Source: a virus (Duplodnaviria > Caudoviricetes). From it: DNA of 54,756 bases. The DNA is taken from positions 1 to 54,756 of IMG/VR virus record IMGVR_UViG_3300005588_000719, one strand, 5' to 3'. Each line of letters opens with the position of its first letter. Within the stretch, counting starts at the first letter, position 1. The notes beneath the pieces were generated by a model. That model was not told the DNA's origin. It saw only the letters and a list, made by a program, of their open reading frames with translations, and searched no databases. Below are positions 1-10,473 of this stretch, piece after piece. The position numbers and the translations under genes were made by a program.

Positions 1-3000
1 CAGCTTTTCTCCCTCTGCTCTTTGACTTATCTCTAATAATCTTCTTTGATGTTCTTCTGCTCTTTTTTCTTTGTCAATCATTTGCTGATTTTCTAAGTCT
101 TTCAATTTTGCGTTGTACTCTGCCTCTGTTAATAGTTCGAATTCTTTTTGGGTTTCTAATGCAGTTTTCTTTTTATTAAAATAGTCGTCTGAATTTTTTT
201 CTAAATTTTGATACTCTCTTTCAGATTGTCTCTCTAAAGATTGATTTCTAAGGTCTGAAATCTTTAAACTGAAATTTTTCTCAGTCTCTAATTCCTTATC
301 TTTTAGGTCTTTTAAAACATTATATTTCTTTTGATGTGCTTCAATTTGTTTATCAATTAATTCTGTATTTAGTTTAGTGATTTTATCATTAATTTTCTTG
401 TTGCTTTCATAGTATTTATCTTGAGTAATAGATAGTTCATTTAAAGAAAGCTCTAATTGTGCAATTTGATTTTTAATTTTTTCTTTTTCTTCCTTAGTTT
501 CTGTTTTACTCAATAGCTCTTTTTGTTTATTGATTTCTTTGATAGTAGAAATAATTTTATTTTCAACCTTTAAAGAATTTTCCTCAATCTTATTTAATTC
601 AATCTCGTAAGTAGCAGTTAAGTTTGAATATAATTCTGGTAAATCATTTGTATTTGCTACTTCTATATCTGCTTCAATCTTAATCCGTTCTTGTTTTAAT
701 TTCAAATCCTCAATACTTCCTAACTCCAATTCAACTTTTGAAGAGATACTACTTACATTATTTTTTTGTTTGGATAATTCTAAGTTTAAATCTTCAATCA
801 TATCTAATACTTCGCTCTTTTCAGTTTTTTTCAAACTAACACCGAATTCAACATTTCCATCTTCATTTTGAACTATCTTGAAAGTTTCAAATAATGCTTT
901 TTTCTGCTTCTCTAAACTTTCATATTTTTCTTTCTGTAATATTAAATCATCTGCGGAATTTTTATTCCTTTTTTCATCAATAATTTTACTCTCTTGGCTG
1001 ATTTCAAACCTTTCTAATCCTATATCTATTAATTTTTTTTCTTTTTCATATACATTTTTCAAAATATCTATTCTTGATTTGGTACTTTTATTACTCTTTT
1101 CTGTACTAAGCCCTAACTCTTTAGCTACTGTTTTTTCAATCTCTGCTTGTGATTTTGATTCTTTTGCTATGGACTTTATAAGTCTTAATTGAGCATTATA
1201 TTCTTTAGTTCCTGCTTTGCCGTCAGCCCTTAATTGTGCAAGAATTTCTTTACCTTTTGTTAAGGCTTCACTTGTGGATTTTTTTGCCGTTTTCCATTGT
1301 TCAGAATAATCCACTACTTCATTCCCTGCTAATACCGTAGCCGTTTTTGCTGAATTAATCATTTTTTCAAGTTCTTTTACTTCTTCTGTTGAATACCCCC
1401 AAGTTTTAGCCATCTCTTCAACATTTTCGGATACAATGCCTATTTCCTGTCCTTTAATTACAGCTTCACCCATTTCAACCTGAGTTTGATTTACCTTTGT
1501 TTTTAACTCTTCATACTTTTTCAATAAAGGTTCTACATCTTCTCCTGCTTTTCTTTGCTTCTTTATCTCCGCATTCATTTTAAATAAATTTTCTTTTGAC
1601 TCTCTGTATGATTCAATTTGATTTCTTAATCCGCTTTGATATTGCTTTTGTTTAGATAATAATTCAGATGAATAAACTCCATCTTGTTTCTTTATAAAAC
1701 TTTCAATTTCATTTGCATTTATTTGATAAACAGATTTTATTTTTCCAGTAGTCTCATCTACTACTGTATCAATTTCAGACATTGACTCTGGTACTTGACT
1801 TGCAATTTTTTCAGCAAGCTCTTCTTTTTCAATTTTAGAAGTTGCGTTTTTATATTTATTGACTAATTCTCCTATTCTATCATTTTCATCCAAATTATTT
1901 TTAATCTTGAAAGACTCTTCGAATATATTTTTCTGTGCTTCATTTAGTTTGATTTCAGCAGTTGCTTTTTTTACTAATGCAATTTGTTCTTTAGTAAATC
2001 CGAATGATTTACCTAAAGAATTTACTTCATCTGTAATAAGTCCCATACTTTGACCTTTTTTTACAGTTTCTGTGATTGCATCTCTTGTTCCTTTTAACTC
2101 TTCTTTCAGTTCATTGTATTCTTGAAGCATAGGTCTTATATCTCCACCTGCTTCTTGTTGCTCTTTCATTGCAATTTCTAATTTTGCTAATTCTTTTTGA
2201 TTAATTTCAAATAGTCCTGCTTGGTCTTTCAACAATTTCATATATTCTTGTTGCCCTGTTCCTAATTGAGTATTTGATAACTCAACCTGTTTTGCAGTAT
2301 AACTCTTAGCTTTTTCAAGAGAAATATCATAAACTGTTGAAATTTCTCCAGTCGCTTCATCAACAACTGTTTTAACTTCTGTAAGAGCTTCAGGAACTTG
2401 ACTTGCTATTTTCTTAGCTAATCTTTGTCTTTCTATTTCTGATGTAGCGTTTTCAAATTTCTCAACTAGTTCATTGATTTTATTTGCTTTGTCTAAATCA
2501 TCAGAAATTTGTAATTGTTCATTAAAAAGTTTGTTTAATCTCCCTTGTGCTAATTTCCCTTCTGCTTCTTTTACTCCATCATCGAAGATATCATTCATTT
2601 CTGACATTGATTCTTTAATTCCACTAATATCTAATGTAAAAAATGATATAATTAATTTTCCAATATTTTTAAAAATATCAACTGCTCTTTTCCCAAATGA
2701 AACTATATATTCTGTTATTGAATCAATAATATCTTTTCCTGCTTCCATTTGAGTAAAGAAATAAATTAATGCAGCAATTACTGCTCCTATACCTAATGTT
2801 GCAGCTGCCCAAAATGTTGTTGCGGATACAGTCATTGCTCCAAACGAAACTGTTCCACTAGCCCCAACAGCTCCTAATGAAGGTATTAATTGTAATATAT
2901 TTGCTTTAGCTAACAACATTACTTTATTAAATAAACTTCCTGCAATAGCACTAGTTTTCAATGCTTGTGGAATTAATGATAATGAAGAAACCAATGGTAA

Positions 3001-4545
3001 AATCTGACCAGAGATATTTAAGGCTCCAGTAAATGTATCTCCTAAAGTAGTAAATGCTGAATTAAAACCTGCTTGGATATTATTTAATAATATTTTATTT
3101 TTTACTTCAATACCTTCAGAAGCAATATCAAATGCTTGGTCTGTTGTTCCAACTGTATCTCTAACAAATTTCCAATCTTTTGCAGCTCCAATTGCATTTT
3201 TTCCAGAAAGTGCCATTACAGCCCCAGCTGCTTCAACTGAACTGAAAACTTGAGTGGCTGATAAACCAAGTCCACCCATTTCATCTCCAATTTTGGCTAA
3301 GGAAACTTGCAACCCTTCTTTCCTTAAAGATTCCAACGAAACTCCGGCTTGCTCCATAATCGGTTTTAATGCAGCACCCGGTTTTGCTAACTCTACAAGT
3401 ACAGCCCTTAATTGTGTAGTTGCTTGAGCAGTCTGAACACCTTGTTTGGTCATTGTAGCAATTGCACCACCGACTTGGTCAAAACTCACTCCAAAAGCAG
3501 AAGCTGTTGGAACTACATTTGACATACTTGTATTTAATTTTTCAATAGATGTAACACCACTATTAACTATGTTGAACATATAGTCAGAATATTTGCCTGC
3601 TTCCGTCACATCTTCGCCGTATGCGTTTAGATTCGCTCCAAGACCAACAACTGCACTATCTATATCAGTTAAGCCTGCTACGGCTAATTTTGAAGCAGTT
3701 TCAATGAAGTTCATACCTTCACCTATATCTGCCATTCCGTCTGTTACTTTTATTGAACCACCAGAAATAGCATTATACAAAGCTCCTGCAATTTTATCAG
3801 CAGAATCTGGAAATGCTTGTGATGTTTTTATAGCTTCATCAGTAAATTCTCTGAAGTTTTTAACTCCTAAAGTTCCAATGTTTCTAATATTTTTATCTAA
3901 TGCTACAAACGGCTCTGTATATTGTTGAACTGTATTACTTACTTGCTGAATTAATTGTAATCCTGCTTGCATTTCTACAAAAGAACCTTTTAAAGATGTA
4001 CCATAAGTTTTTGCACTTGAATTTAGTTTTTCTTGTGAGTCTTTTGCTGATTTTATCACTCCTTGTAATTGTTTTAAGGTTGATACAGTCTTTTTATATT
4101 CTTCTGTATTATCTTTCCCTTTTTCTTTTAATTTGGTTGCTATTTTTAATTGATTTTTAAATGATACTTCGGCATTTTTGCCTATCAATTCAAAGTTCTT
4201 TGCTGAGTTTTTTAATCCTGCAGTAAATTTTTCTGTATCAAAATCAATTTCAGTTTCAAATGAAGCACCTTTTGAAAACTCTTTAGCTTTTTCATTTAGA
4301 AGTTTTAATTTTTGTAATGCTTCAGATGTATCTCCATCTACTTTGAATTTTGCTTCTTTTTTTAATTTAGCAAATTGGCTTTCGAATTGTTTTAATGCTT
4401 TTTTTGTCTCTTCTGTATCAATAATATTAGAAATTTTCTGCACTTTTTTAAGTTCAGATTCAAATTGTTTAATTCCACTCTTTAATTTGTTGTTATCAAA
4501 CTTAGGAGTGAAATTAATACCAAACTCTATTCCAGAAAAATCCAT
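1..4545 (-). CDS. Tail tape measure protein (TP901-like), truncated at the window edge; absent from the ORF track
   Basis: ATG at 4545 (MDFSGIEFGINFTPK) overlaps the upstream stop (TAATG); frame appears open to the edge; Ala/Gly-rich TMP core near 3100-3900 (TMTKQGVQTAQATTQLRAVL); follows the chaperone pair. Confidence 0.92.
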   Translation of the reverse strand, partial: MDFSGIEFGINFTPKFDNNKLKSGIKQFESELKKVQKISNIIDTEETKKALKQFESQFAKLKKEAKFKVDGDTSEALQKLKLLNEKAKEFSKGASFETEIDFDTEKFTAGLKNSAKNFELIGKNAEVSFKNQLKIATKLKEKGKDNTEEYKKTVSTLKQLQGVIKSAKDSQEKLNSSAKTYGTSLKGSFVEMQAGLQLIQQVSNTVQQYTEPFVALDKNIRNIGTLGVKNFREFTDEAIKTSQAFPDSADKIAGALYNAISGGSIKVTDGMADIGEGMNFIETASKLAVAGLTDIDSAVVGLGANLNAYGEDVTEAGKYSDYMFNIVNSGVTSIEKLNTSMSNVVPTASAFGVSFDQVGGAIATMTKQGVQTAQATTQLRAVLVELAKPGAALKPIMEQAGVSLESLRKEGLQVSLAKIGDEMGGLGLSATQVFSSVEAAGAVMALSGKNAIGAAKDWKFVRDTVGTTDQAFDIASEGIEVKNKILLNNIQAGFNSAFTTLGDTFTGALNISGQILPLVSSLSLIPQALKTSAIAGSLFNKVMLLAKANILQLIPSLGAVGASGTVSFGAMTVSATTFWAAATLGIGAVIAALIYFFTQMEAGKDIIDSITEYIVSFGKRAVDIFKNIGKLIISFFTLDISGIKESMSEMNDIFDDGVKEAEGKLAQGRLNKLFNEQLQISDDLDKANKINELVEKFENATSEIERQRLAKKIASQVPEALTEVKTVVDEATGEISTVYDISLEKAKSYTAKQVELSNTQLGTGQQEYMKLLKDQAGLFEINQKELAKLEIAMKEQQEAGGDIRPMLQEYNELKEELKGTRDAITETVKKGQSMGLITDEVNSLGKSFGFTKEQIALVKKATAEIKLNEAQKNIFEESFKIKNNLDENDRIGELVNKYKNATSKIEKEELAEKIASQVPESMSEIDTVVDETTGKIKSVYQINANEIESFIKKQDGVYSSELLSKQKQYQSGLRNQIESYRESKENLFKMNAEIKKQRKAGEDVEPLLKKYEELKTKVNQTQVEMGEAVIKGQEIGIVSENVEEMAKTWGYSTEEVKELEKMINSAKTATVLAGNEVVDYSEQWKTAKKSTSEALTKGKEILAQLRADGKAGTKEYNAQLRLIKSIAKESKSQAEIEKTVAKELGLSTEKSNKSTKSRIDILKNVYEKEKKLIDIGLERFEISQESKIIDEKRNKNSADDLILQKEKYESLEKQKKALFETFKIVQNEDGNVEFGVSLKKTEKSEVLDMIEDLNLELSKQKNNVSSISSKVELELGSIEDLKLKQERIKIEADIEVANTNDLPELYSNLTATYEIELNKIEENSLKVENKIISTIKEINKQKELLSKTETKEEKEKIKNQIAQLELSLNELSITQDKYYESNKKINDKITKLNTELIDKQIEAHQKKYNVLKDLKDKELETEKNFSLKISDLRNQSLERQSEREYQNLEKNSDDYFNKKKTALETQKEFELLTEAEYNAKLKDLENQQMIDKEKRAEEHQRRLLEISQRAEGEKL

Positions 4546-4880
4546 TATGCTTTTTTATGATTGTTGAGAAAATCTATTCTTTGTTCTAATTTGTATTTTA
4601 GAGAGTCAAATACAAACATCCATGATGTATTTTGCATTTGTTCCATTTTTGTTGGGTCTCCTTCGCAAAGATTTATAAGTAATTCTAATCGTATATTATT
4701 TTGTAATCTATAAATCAGTTCGTCTCTTCTGAATAAGGTAACATTTCTTTCATATTCATTGAGTTCGGATTTCCTAAAAACATTTTCATCAAGCTCAATG
4801 TGGTCGGATTGTTCAATGGACTTAATTCTTTTGACCAAACTGATAATAGTTTTTGACTTAAATCCATGAAAGTAAAAAAA
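4545..4880 (-). CDS. Tail assembly chaperone GT extension (-1 frame)
   Basis: -1 frame opens right after a TGA at 4883-4881, exactly at the T7 run, and stays open to TAA at 4547-4545. Confidence 0.8.
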   Translation of the reverse strand, partial: FFYFHGFKSKTIISLVKRIKSIEQSDHIELDENVFRKSELNEYERNVTLFRRDELIYRLQNNIRLELLINLCEGDPTKMEQMQNTSWMFVFDSLKYKLEQRIDFLNNHKKA

Positions 4881-5260
4881 TCAACGACTACCTCTTTCAT
4901 TAATTTATAATTTTTAATATCAAGATTTTGTAAGAATTTATATGCTTCTATCTCTGTTATGCCCGGTTTAAATGCTTCTATGAAACCATCATTATTTTTC
5001 TTCCTAATTAAATAAGAAGCAATTTTCATCATTGCTTCGGCTCCGCCTGACTCTTGAACACTTGTGAAACTTGTAGCTTTATCTTGGCTTTGTGATATTT
5101 TAAAATCTAAAATTTCTTCAGACATTAAAGCACTAAAAGCAGATACTTTGTCAATAGAATAAATCCATTCTTCATTCTTGCTTTTTAGCACAATAGATTT
5201 AGATGTTTTTGCTTGTTCAGAATTTTCTACATCTTGTAAAACTTGTTTTTCGTTTTCCAT
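4715..5260 (-). CDS. Tail assembly chaperone (gpG-like)
   Basis: 181 aa directly upstream of the TMP, overlapping the next ORF in the -1 frame; AAGGA RBS. Confidence 0.8.
   Translation of the reverse strand: MENEKQVLQDVENSEQAKTSKSIVLKSKNEEWIYSIDKVSAFSALMSEEILDFKISQSQDKATSFTSVQESGGAEAMMKIASYLIRKKNNDGFIEAFKPGITEIEAYKFLQNLDIKNYKLMKEVVVDFFTFMDLSQKLLSVWSKELSPLNNPTTLSLMKMFLGNPNSMNMKEMLPYSEETN
4874..4880 (-). promoter_or_regulatory. -1 ribosomal slippery site T TTT TTT
   Basis: GAT TTT TTT ACT in frame; fits X XXY YYZ. Confidence 0.75.
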
Positions 5261-5270
5261 ATTTTTATCC

Positions 5271-5810
5271 TTAAGAATATTTTAAAGCTCCACTTTCTAA
5301 CTCCCTGTTAGTAGCAAAGCCTTTAATTGTAATTTTATAAAACAATCTTTTTTCGTTATTAAATTGATTCCAGACCATTCTCATTTTGTTTTCGCATTTA
5401 ATAAGTAAGCTATCTTTTGCTACACTCATTACTTTATTATTAAATATAATTGTAAGAGTATTCAATTGAGGTGAACTTTGTATTTTTTCTAATAAATCTA
5501 ACCACTTTAAACTTTCTCCGCCCTGATTATCTACATTTCTAAAAACTCCAGGATTTGCTATTGGTATTACTTCCAACTTTAAATTGTAACCGATAATTAT
5601 TTCATTCCCAAAATGATTTTTTTCTATAACTGGTATTGCTTCCCACAAAGAACCATTTTCAACAGAATCTATTAACAAATAATAAGTATCATCTAATTCA
5701 TCAATAATTGATAACTGTACACTATCAATAAATTGAAATGTGATTTGATTTGACCATAAACTTGGGTTTAAGTTTGGGTCTCCTAATTTTGCTATTATAG
5801 TTTCTGACAT
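5271..5810 (-). CDS. Hypothetical tail-region protein
   Basis: 179 aa, tightly packed in the virion operon. Confidence 0.6.
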   Translation of the reverse strand: MSETIIAKLGDPNLNPSLWSNQITFQFIDSVQLSIIDELDDTYYLLIDSVENGSLWEAIPVIEKNHFGNEIIIGYNLKLEVIPIANPGVFRNVDNQGGESLKWLDLLEKIQSSPQLNTLTIIFNNKVMSVAKDSLLIKCENKMRMVWNQFNNEKRLFYKITIKGFATNRELESGALKYS

Positions 5811-5811
5811 A

Positions 5812-6234
5812 TTATATTAAACTATTTTTCATTTTAAATTCAAAATCTATATTCTCTAAATCAATAATGTTATTCACAAAGTTACTCTCTAGTTTATCTC
5901 TTTCCCATTCAATAGGTATATATTCACTACCAACATTATCTTTAAATATTTTCAAGTTGAAATTAGAACCAAATAGAAACGCTCTCACTAAGTATGATTT
6001 ATTTGTTTTTACTGAACTTACTGGTAACTTCACTTTCCAAGAGAAACGACTATCCAAAATGTGAGAATATTTTACTGACCTAAGCGATGCAACACTTTTC
6101 AAGTTTGTTTCTGGAGTGCAAAAAAGTGATAAAACCTCTATTCCAAACAATTCTACATTAGTTTCAGAATCATTGTCATAATATTTAAAATCAATTTTTA
6201 AATCTTTATATGTTGTATAATCAATAAATGCCAT
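5812..6234 (-). CDS. Hypothetical tail-region protein (possibly distal-tail-like)
   Basis: 140 aa, beta-rich, operon position only. Confidence 0.55.
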   Translation of the reverse strand: MAFIDYTTYKDLKIDFKYYDNDSETNVELFGIEVLSLFCTPETNLKSVASLRSVKYSHILDSRFSWKVKLPVSSVKTNKSYLVRAFLFGSNFNLKIFKDNVGSEYIPIEWERDKLESNFVNNIIDLENIDFEFKMKNSLI

Positions 6235-6236
6235 AA

Positions 6237-8954
6237 TTAAGAAATATTCCTTGCTCCTATTCTTAATAAAATATTGTTGTTTTGATTGTTCTGTTTACCA
6301 ACAACTTTTGTTAATTTCATTGTGCCAATAATATCACCAGAAGTTCCTACATTCGCAGGTATTACAGCATTTTCATTTCTTTTTATGGAAAACAATCTAA
6401 TAGTTTGATTATCAATGATTTCAGCCCAAACAAATAATGAAGTATTATAATCATCTTTATCAACTGCTGATATATCCACCTTCAAACTTTCATTTTCAAT
6501 TAATTTTAAACCGTGTGTAATATCTTTATAATAAAGTGTCCCTATTTCGTAACCGTCTTCATTGAATTTTGTCCCAGTAACTATTGTATTATCAATGTCA
6601 TCATTCCAGTTTTCAGTTAGTTCAAAGTCAATAATCACTTCATTTAATAATTCATTAATTACTGGAGGCGGTGTATAAAATCCTGATTGAAATGATCCGT
6701 CATTTTTAATTGAACCATGAAATGGAAATCTATCTTTTAATTGTAATCTTATTGTTGTTTCTGGGTAAGAGAATTTTCTTTTTATCCCAATAACTAAATA
6801 TTCAAATACTTCAGTAGTAGTAATTCCTGTTGCCGGATTAGTTCGGTCTTCTTTGGTTTTAAATTTCGAACCGATTTCTAAATTCTTGAATACTTCAGTC
6901 TCATCTAACGGACTATCTCCATTTATAGATTTTTTGAAACCATTTAAAAAAGGAACTGTTAGGGTATATTCTGTTTGATAATATTCCTCGTCATGTGCCT
7001 TATAGTATTCATTCATCATTTCAGCTATTGACCAAAACCTCGTTCCTTGACCTGTACCATTTTTATCGAGTTCTGGGTTATCTATACTGATTACTGGTTC
7101 GTAATAATCCCTCTCTTTTGAAATACCATTAAGATTTTTGTTTTCAGTCCTTTTCAAATAAATCAAATTATTAGCATACCAACCTAATTTTTCTTCATAA
7201 TCCCAATATTGAGTATCTAAAAATCCACCATCTAATATTCTTGTTGGAAATGATTCATCTGTTGTAGGCAAACCTCTTACAAGCATTGCATTGAAAGGTA
7301 AATATTTTTGGAAACCGTAATGCTTGCCGTTTTGGTCTATTCCTCCATTTCCAGAATAAATATTCCCTGTTCCTGCTTCAAAATAATGCGTATTTGGGTC
7401 TCCGTCACTTTCAGCCCAATCATATATTGTAGCACAATCTCCATATAAGTTTTCAGGTTTGAGCAATGGTAAACCTATTGTTAATAATGTTTTATTAGCC
7501 CCTTTCTCTGAAACAAATTTGTTGCTTTCAGTAGTTTCTGATGGAACAAATTCTCTAAATCTATCTTCAATTAATGATTGTTTAACTGTTGTTATTTCAA
7601 AGCTCGATAAATTATTTTTTACAGTCGGTTTTTCTGCTAAAGCTTGGTTAGTCTGACCATAAAAAGTTTGTTTTTCTTTCCTTAAAAATTTACTTTCTGT
7701 ATTTATTGCAGCCTTTTCAACATCTCTTATCATTACATAGTCTTTAGAAATTATTTGTCTATTAGAAAACTTAATATGTAACTTCCCATCATTGCTATAA
7801 TAAAATCTTGCATATAGTCCAAAGCATGCAGCTATCCAAGTAATAATTGAACTCAAGGTTCCTTTTTGTTGAAATGAATAATTCTCATCTCCTTCTTTTG
7901 GGTCAAAATTTGTCCAACTAATAAAAAAGCTGTCTTCACCACTTCCAAATTTAATGGGTAATGTAGTATTATTTGTTTCCATTTCTGCACCATCCCAATA
8001 CATGTGCTGAGCTTTAACATAATATCCTTTTTGATTTGCTTCTCCATTAGCTTTTTCAATAATTTGGCCTCTTACACCTACTGTATTAAAATTTTGAGTG
8101 CAAGAAGTATTATCTATAACAATATCTAATCCTGTTAATTGTTTTCTTTCAATTACTGAACGACATATCTCTAATAAACAATCTTGAAAATTGCATAAAT
8201 GCAAGTATCTGACTTCTGAAAATTTTCTACCTTCACTATCAGGATAAAGTCCAACAATGCTGTCATCTTCGTAATAATAAAATTCTTGGTCATATAACGA
8301 ATATCCCAATCTATCTTTTACATTTTCATTATACCATTCTATAAAATTAGCATATGCTGTGTTAGTAGTCCAATCACGTCCATACTGACCATCTCCATTA
8401 GTTCCTACTCCGTTACTTAACTCATCACCTCTATTTACAAAAAAATCAATCTGTTCTTTTAACTCAACATCAAATACTTCTGTCGTAAAATCAAATGACT
8501 TTAACTTCCAATTCCTATCAGGATTAATATAATTCCCATAAGCTAAATCATACCATCTAAAATCTTCTGCCGACATTTTTGTATTTATCTGTCCCATAAA
8601 TACAACATTATCAGATTTTAAAGTTGTTCCATTTACTTCAAAAGTTGGTTCTATAAAAACTGCTATATTTCTTTTGTTATTTTTATTTTGACTTTCCAAA
8701 GTAAAATAATAGGCTTTCTTATCTATATCACTTGTTTTTGTTGGTATGTAAAGTAAATCAAAAGAAAATTCATCTTTGGCAAATTCTCCACTCCCAACAT
8801 CTAAATCTACATTAGCTTCTTTCATATCAAAACAATGAACTTCATTACCTTCAGATAAATCAAAAAGTCCTTCAAGAGAATCAGAGACGGCTAAAAGGAA
8901 AGTTACCTTTCCTTTTCCGTCTTCAACCATTGTTTTATATTGATAAAAAGTCAT
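6237..8954 (-). CDS. Large structural tail protein (tail tip/hub candidate)
   Basis: 905 aa, aromatic/Gly/Asp-rich, in the tail operon; function inferred from size and position. Confidence 0.55.
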   Translation of the reverse strand: MTFYQYKTMVEDGKGKVTFLLAVSDSLEGLFDLSEGNEVHCFDMKEANVDLDVGSGEFAKDEFSFDLLYIPTKTSDIDKKAYYFTLESQNKNNKRNIAVFIEPTFEVNGTTLKSDNVVFMGQINTKMSAEDFRWYDLAYGNYINPDRNWKLKSFDFTTEVFDVELKEQIDFFVNRGDELSNGVGTNGDGQYGRDWTTNTAYANFIEWYNENVKDRLGYSLYDQEFYYYEDDSIVGLYPDSEGRKFSEVRYLHLCNFQDCLLEICRSVIERKQLTGLDIVIDNTSCTQNFNTVGVRGQIIEKANGEANQKGYYVKAQHMYWDGAEMETNNTTLPIKFGSGEDSFFISWTNFDPKEGDENYSFQQKGTLSSIITWIAACFGLYARFYYSNDGKLHIKFSNRQIISKDYVMIRDVEKAAINTESKFLRKEKQTFYGQTNQALAEKPTVKNNLSSFEITTVKQSLIEDRFREFVPSETTESNKFVSEKGANKTLLTIGLPLLKPENLYGDCATIYDWAESDGDPNTHYFEAGTGNIYSGNGGIDQNGKHYGFQKYLPFNAMLVRGLPTTDESFPTRILDGGFLDTQYWDYEEKLGWYANNLIYLKRTENKNLNGISKERDYYEPVISIDNPELDKNGTGQGTRFWSIAEMMNEYYKAHDEEYYQTEYTLTVPFLNGFKKSINGDSPLDETEVFKNLEIGSKFKTKEDRTNPATGITTTEVFEYLVIGIKRKFSYPETTIRLQLKDRFPFHGSIKNDGSFQSGFYTPPPVINELLNEVIIDFELTENWNDDIDNTIVTGTKFNEDGYEIGTLYYKDITHGLKLIENESLKVDISAVDKDDYNTSLFVWAEIIDNQTIRLFSIKRNENAVIPANVGTSGDIIGTMKLTKVVGKQNNQNNNILLRIGARNIS

Positions 8955-8955
8955 T

Positions 8956-9924
8956 TTATTTTATCACCATTCTTCCTGCAATTAATTTATTGCCGTCTGC
9001 TGTTGTTAATGCAGGTGGAGTAATAGAAGAACCTGTAAAGTTAGTTCCGTCGTTAGCAGATGGTAAAACAATTGCATCAAGTTGTATGGCATCAAAATCA
9101 CTTCCGCTTGCTCCTGAAATTTCTTTTGAATCAAATTGAAGTGAAACGCTTTTAACTTCATATCCGCCTGCTCCTATCGTTACATCTGAAGAAATTTCTC
9201 CTACCATGAAAGCAAAAACAGCTGCATTCGTACTTCCCGTAGCCTTATATTTCTTGTCTCCTGAAAAACCTAAGGGCAAACAAATTAAAAATTTAGAACC
9301 GATAAGTCTTTCTAATTTTTCAGCAAATGCAGCATAATTACTTGAATCCATATCTGCAGAATTAACAGATATTTTAAGTTTTCCTTTTTTTCCGCCTGTA
9401 CTATCACTGCCTCCTGAAACAATCTCACCAGTATCAATTTTCATAACTAAGTTTTCTTTAACTGCTTCAAATACTGTTCCGTCTGCTCTTTCAATCGAGA
9501 TTTTTTCTTCTTCCGATGAAGTCGAACTCTCAGACAATGAAATAGTAACGTCTTGGTCTGTTCCGCAGTTATTAAATAGCATTCTGTTTGTTGAGTCTCC
9601 AGAAGCATAAAATATTGATGTTGAACTTGACTGACAAGTTAAGGAAACAGAGCTTGCTGTAGCTGTTGCACTTGCAGATAAAGTAATTTCAGTTGCAGAA
9701 TCTACTGACTGAATTGTTGTACTGTCAGGAATTCCTGCTCCAGTAATTGACATTCCGGCTTTCAAATTGCCAGTATCATTGATATTTGATACAGTCGCAC
9801 TAGAATCAGTTGTATCTCCTGAAACTATAATGTCGGTATTTGCTGGGATTAATTTACATAACCAAGCTACACCAACTCCACGCATAAGCATGAGTTTTTG
9901 ATAAGCATCTTTTGTCATTGCCAT
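8956..9924 (-). CDS. Probable major tail tube protein with an inserted Ser/Thr-rich beta domain
   Basis: 322 aa, acidic and Ser/Thr/Gly-rich, GAGGA RBS; insert GNLKAGMSITGAGIPDSTTIQSVDSATEITLSASAT. Confidence 0.55.
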   Translation of the reverse strand: MAMTKDAYQKLMLMRGVGVAWLCKLIPANTDIIVSGDTTDSSATVSNINDTGNLKAGMSITGAGIPDSTTIQSVDSATEITLSASATATASSVSLTCQSSSTSIFYASGDSTNRMLFNNCGTDQDVTISLSESSTSSEEEKISIERADGTVFEAVKENLVMKIDTGEIVSGGSDSTGGKKGKLKISVNSADMDSSNYAAFAEKLERLIGSKFLICLPLGFSGDKKYKATGSTNAAVFAFMVGEISSDVTIGAGGYEVKSVSLQFDSKEISGASGSDFDAIQLDAIVLPSANDGTNFTGSSITPPALTTADGNKLIAGRMVIK

Positions 9925-9958
9925 GATGTTATCCTCTTTGTATTATTGAATAAATATT

Positions 9959-10468
9959 TTAAAATAATTTTTTATTTTTTCTTATCTCATAAATTATTGG
10001 AACTCTATATAATTTGTATTTGACAAGTTCCTTGCTATATAAAAGTTCAATTGTAAAACCTTGACTGTTGTATATTTTTAGCTCTGGTTTATTTAGCCCT
10101 TGATATTCCACTATTCCTTTTTTCGCTATTGAAATTTTAATTGTTTCTTTAGGCTTAATTATGGTATCTCCGAAATCAAGATTATTTATTGATACAGAGT
10201 AATTGATTTCTGAATTACTTTCATTTTTCTTTAATATAAATGCTCCTTTTTTTATTTCACTATTTTGGTCTTTCTTGAATATGTTCCAAGTCTCAAATGG
10301 ATTTGGTGTCTCTTCTTGCCAATAAGTTGTATCAAAAGTTACTCTAGTCTTTTCATAAACTATTTCTCCATTTTGATATTCTTTAATAGCTTCTTTAGTG
10401 AAATTTACTAACTCAGTTGTAGAACAAGAGAATAAAAGAATTGTGATTATTATTATGATTTTTTTCAT
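9959..10468 (-). CDS. Lipoprotein next to the endolysin (spanin-like candidate)
   Basis: Signal peptide and lipobox MKKIIIIITILLFS-C. Confidence 0.6.
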   Translation of the reverse strand: MKKIIIIITILLFSCSTTELVNFTKEAIKEYQNGEIVYEKTRVTFDTTYWQEETPNPFETWNIFKKDQNSEIKKGAFILKKNESNSEINYSVSINNLDFGDTIIKPKETIKISIAKKGIVEYQGLNKPELKIYNSQGFTIELLYSKELVKYKLYRVPIIYEIRKNKKLF

Positions 10469-10473
10469 TTTGT

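Noticed and set aside
878-4567. Six + strand ORFs over the left end
   Set aside because: Antisense shadows of the tape-measure gene with Ser/Phe/Leu-rich composition; the same applies to most short antisense ORFs in the track
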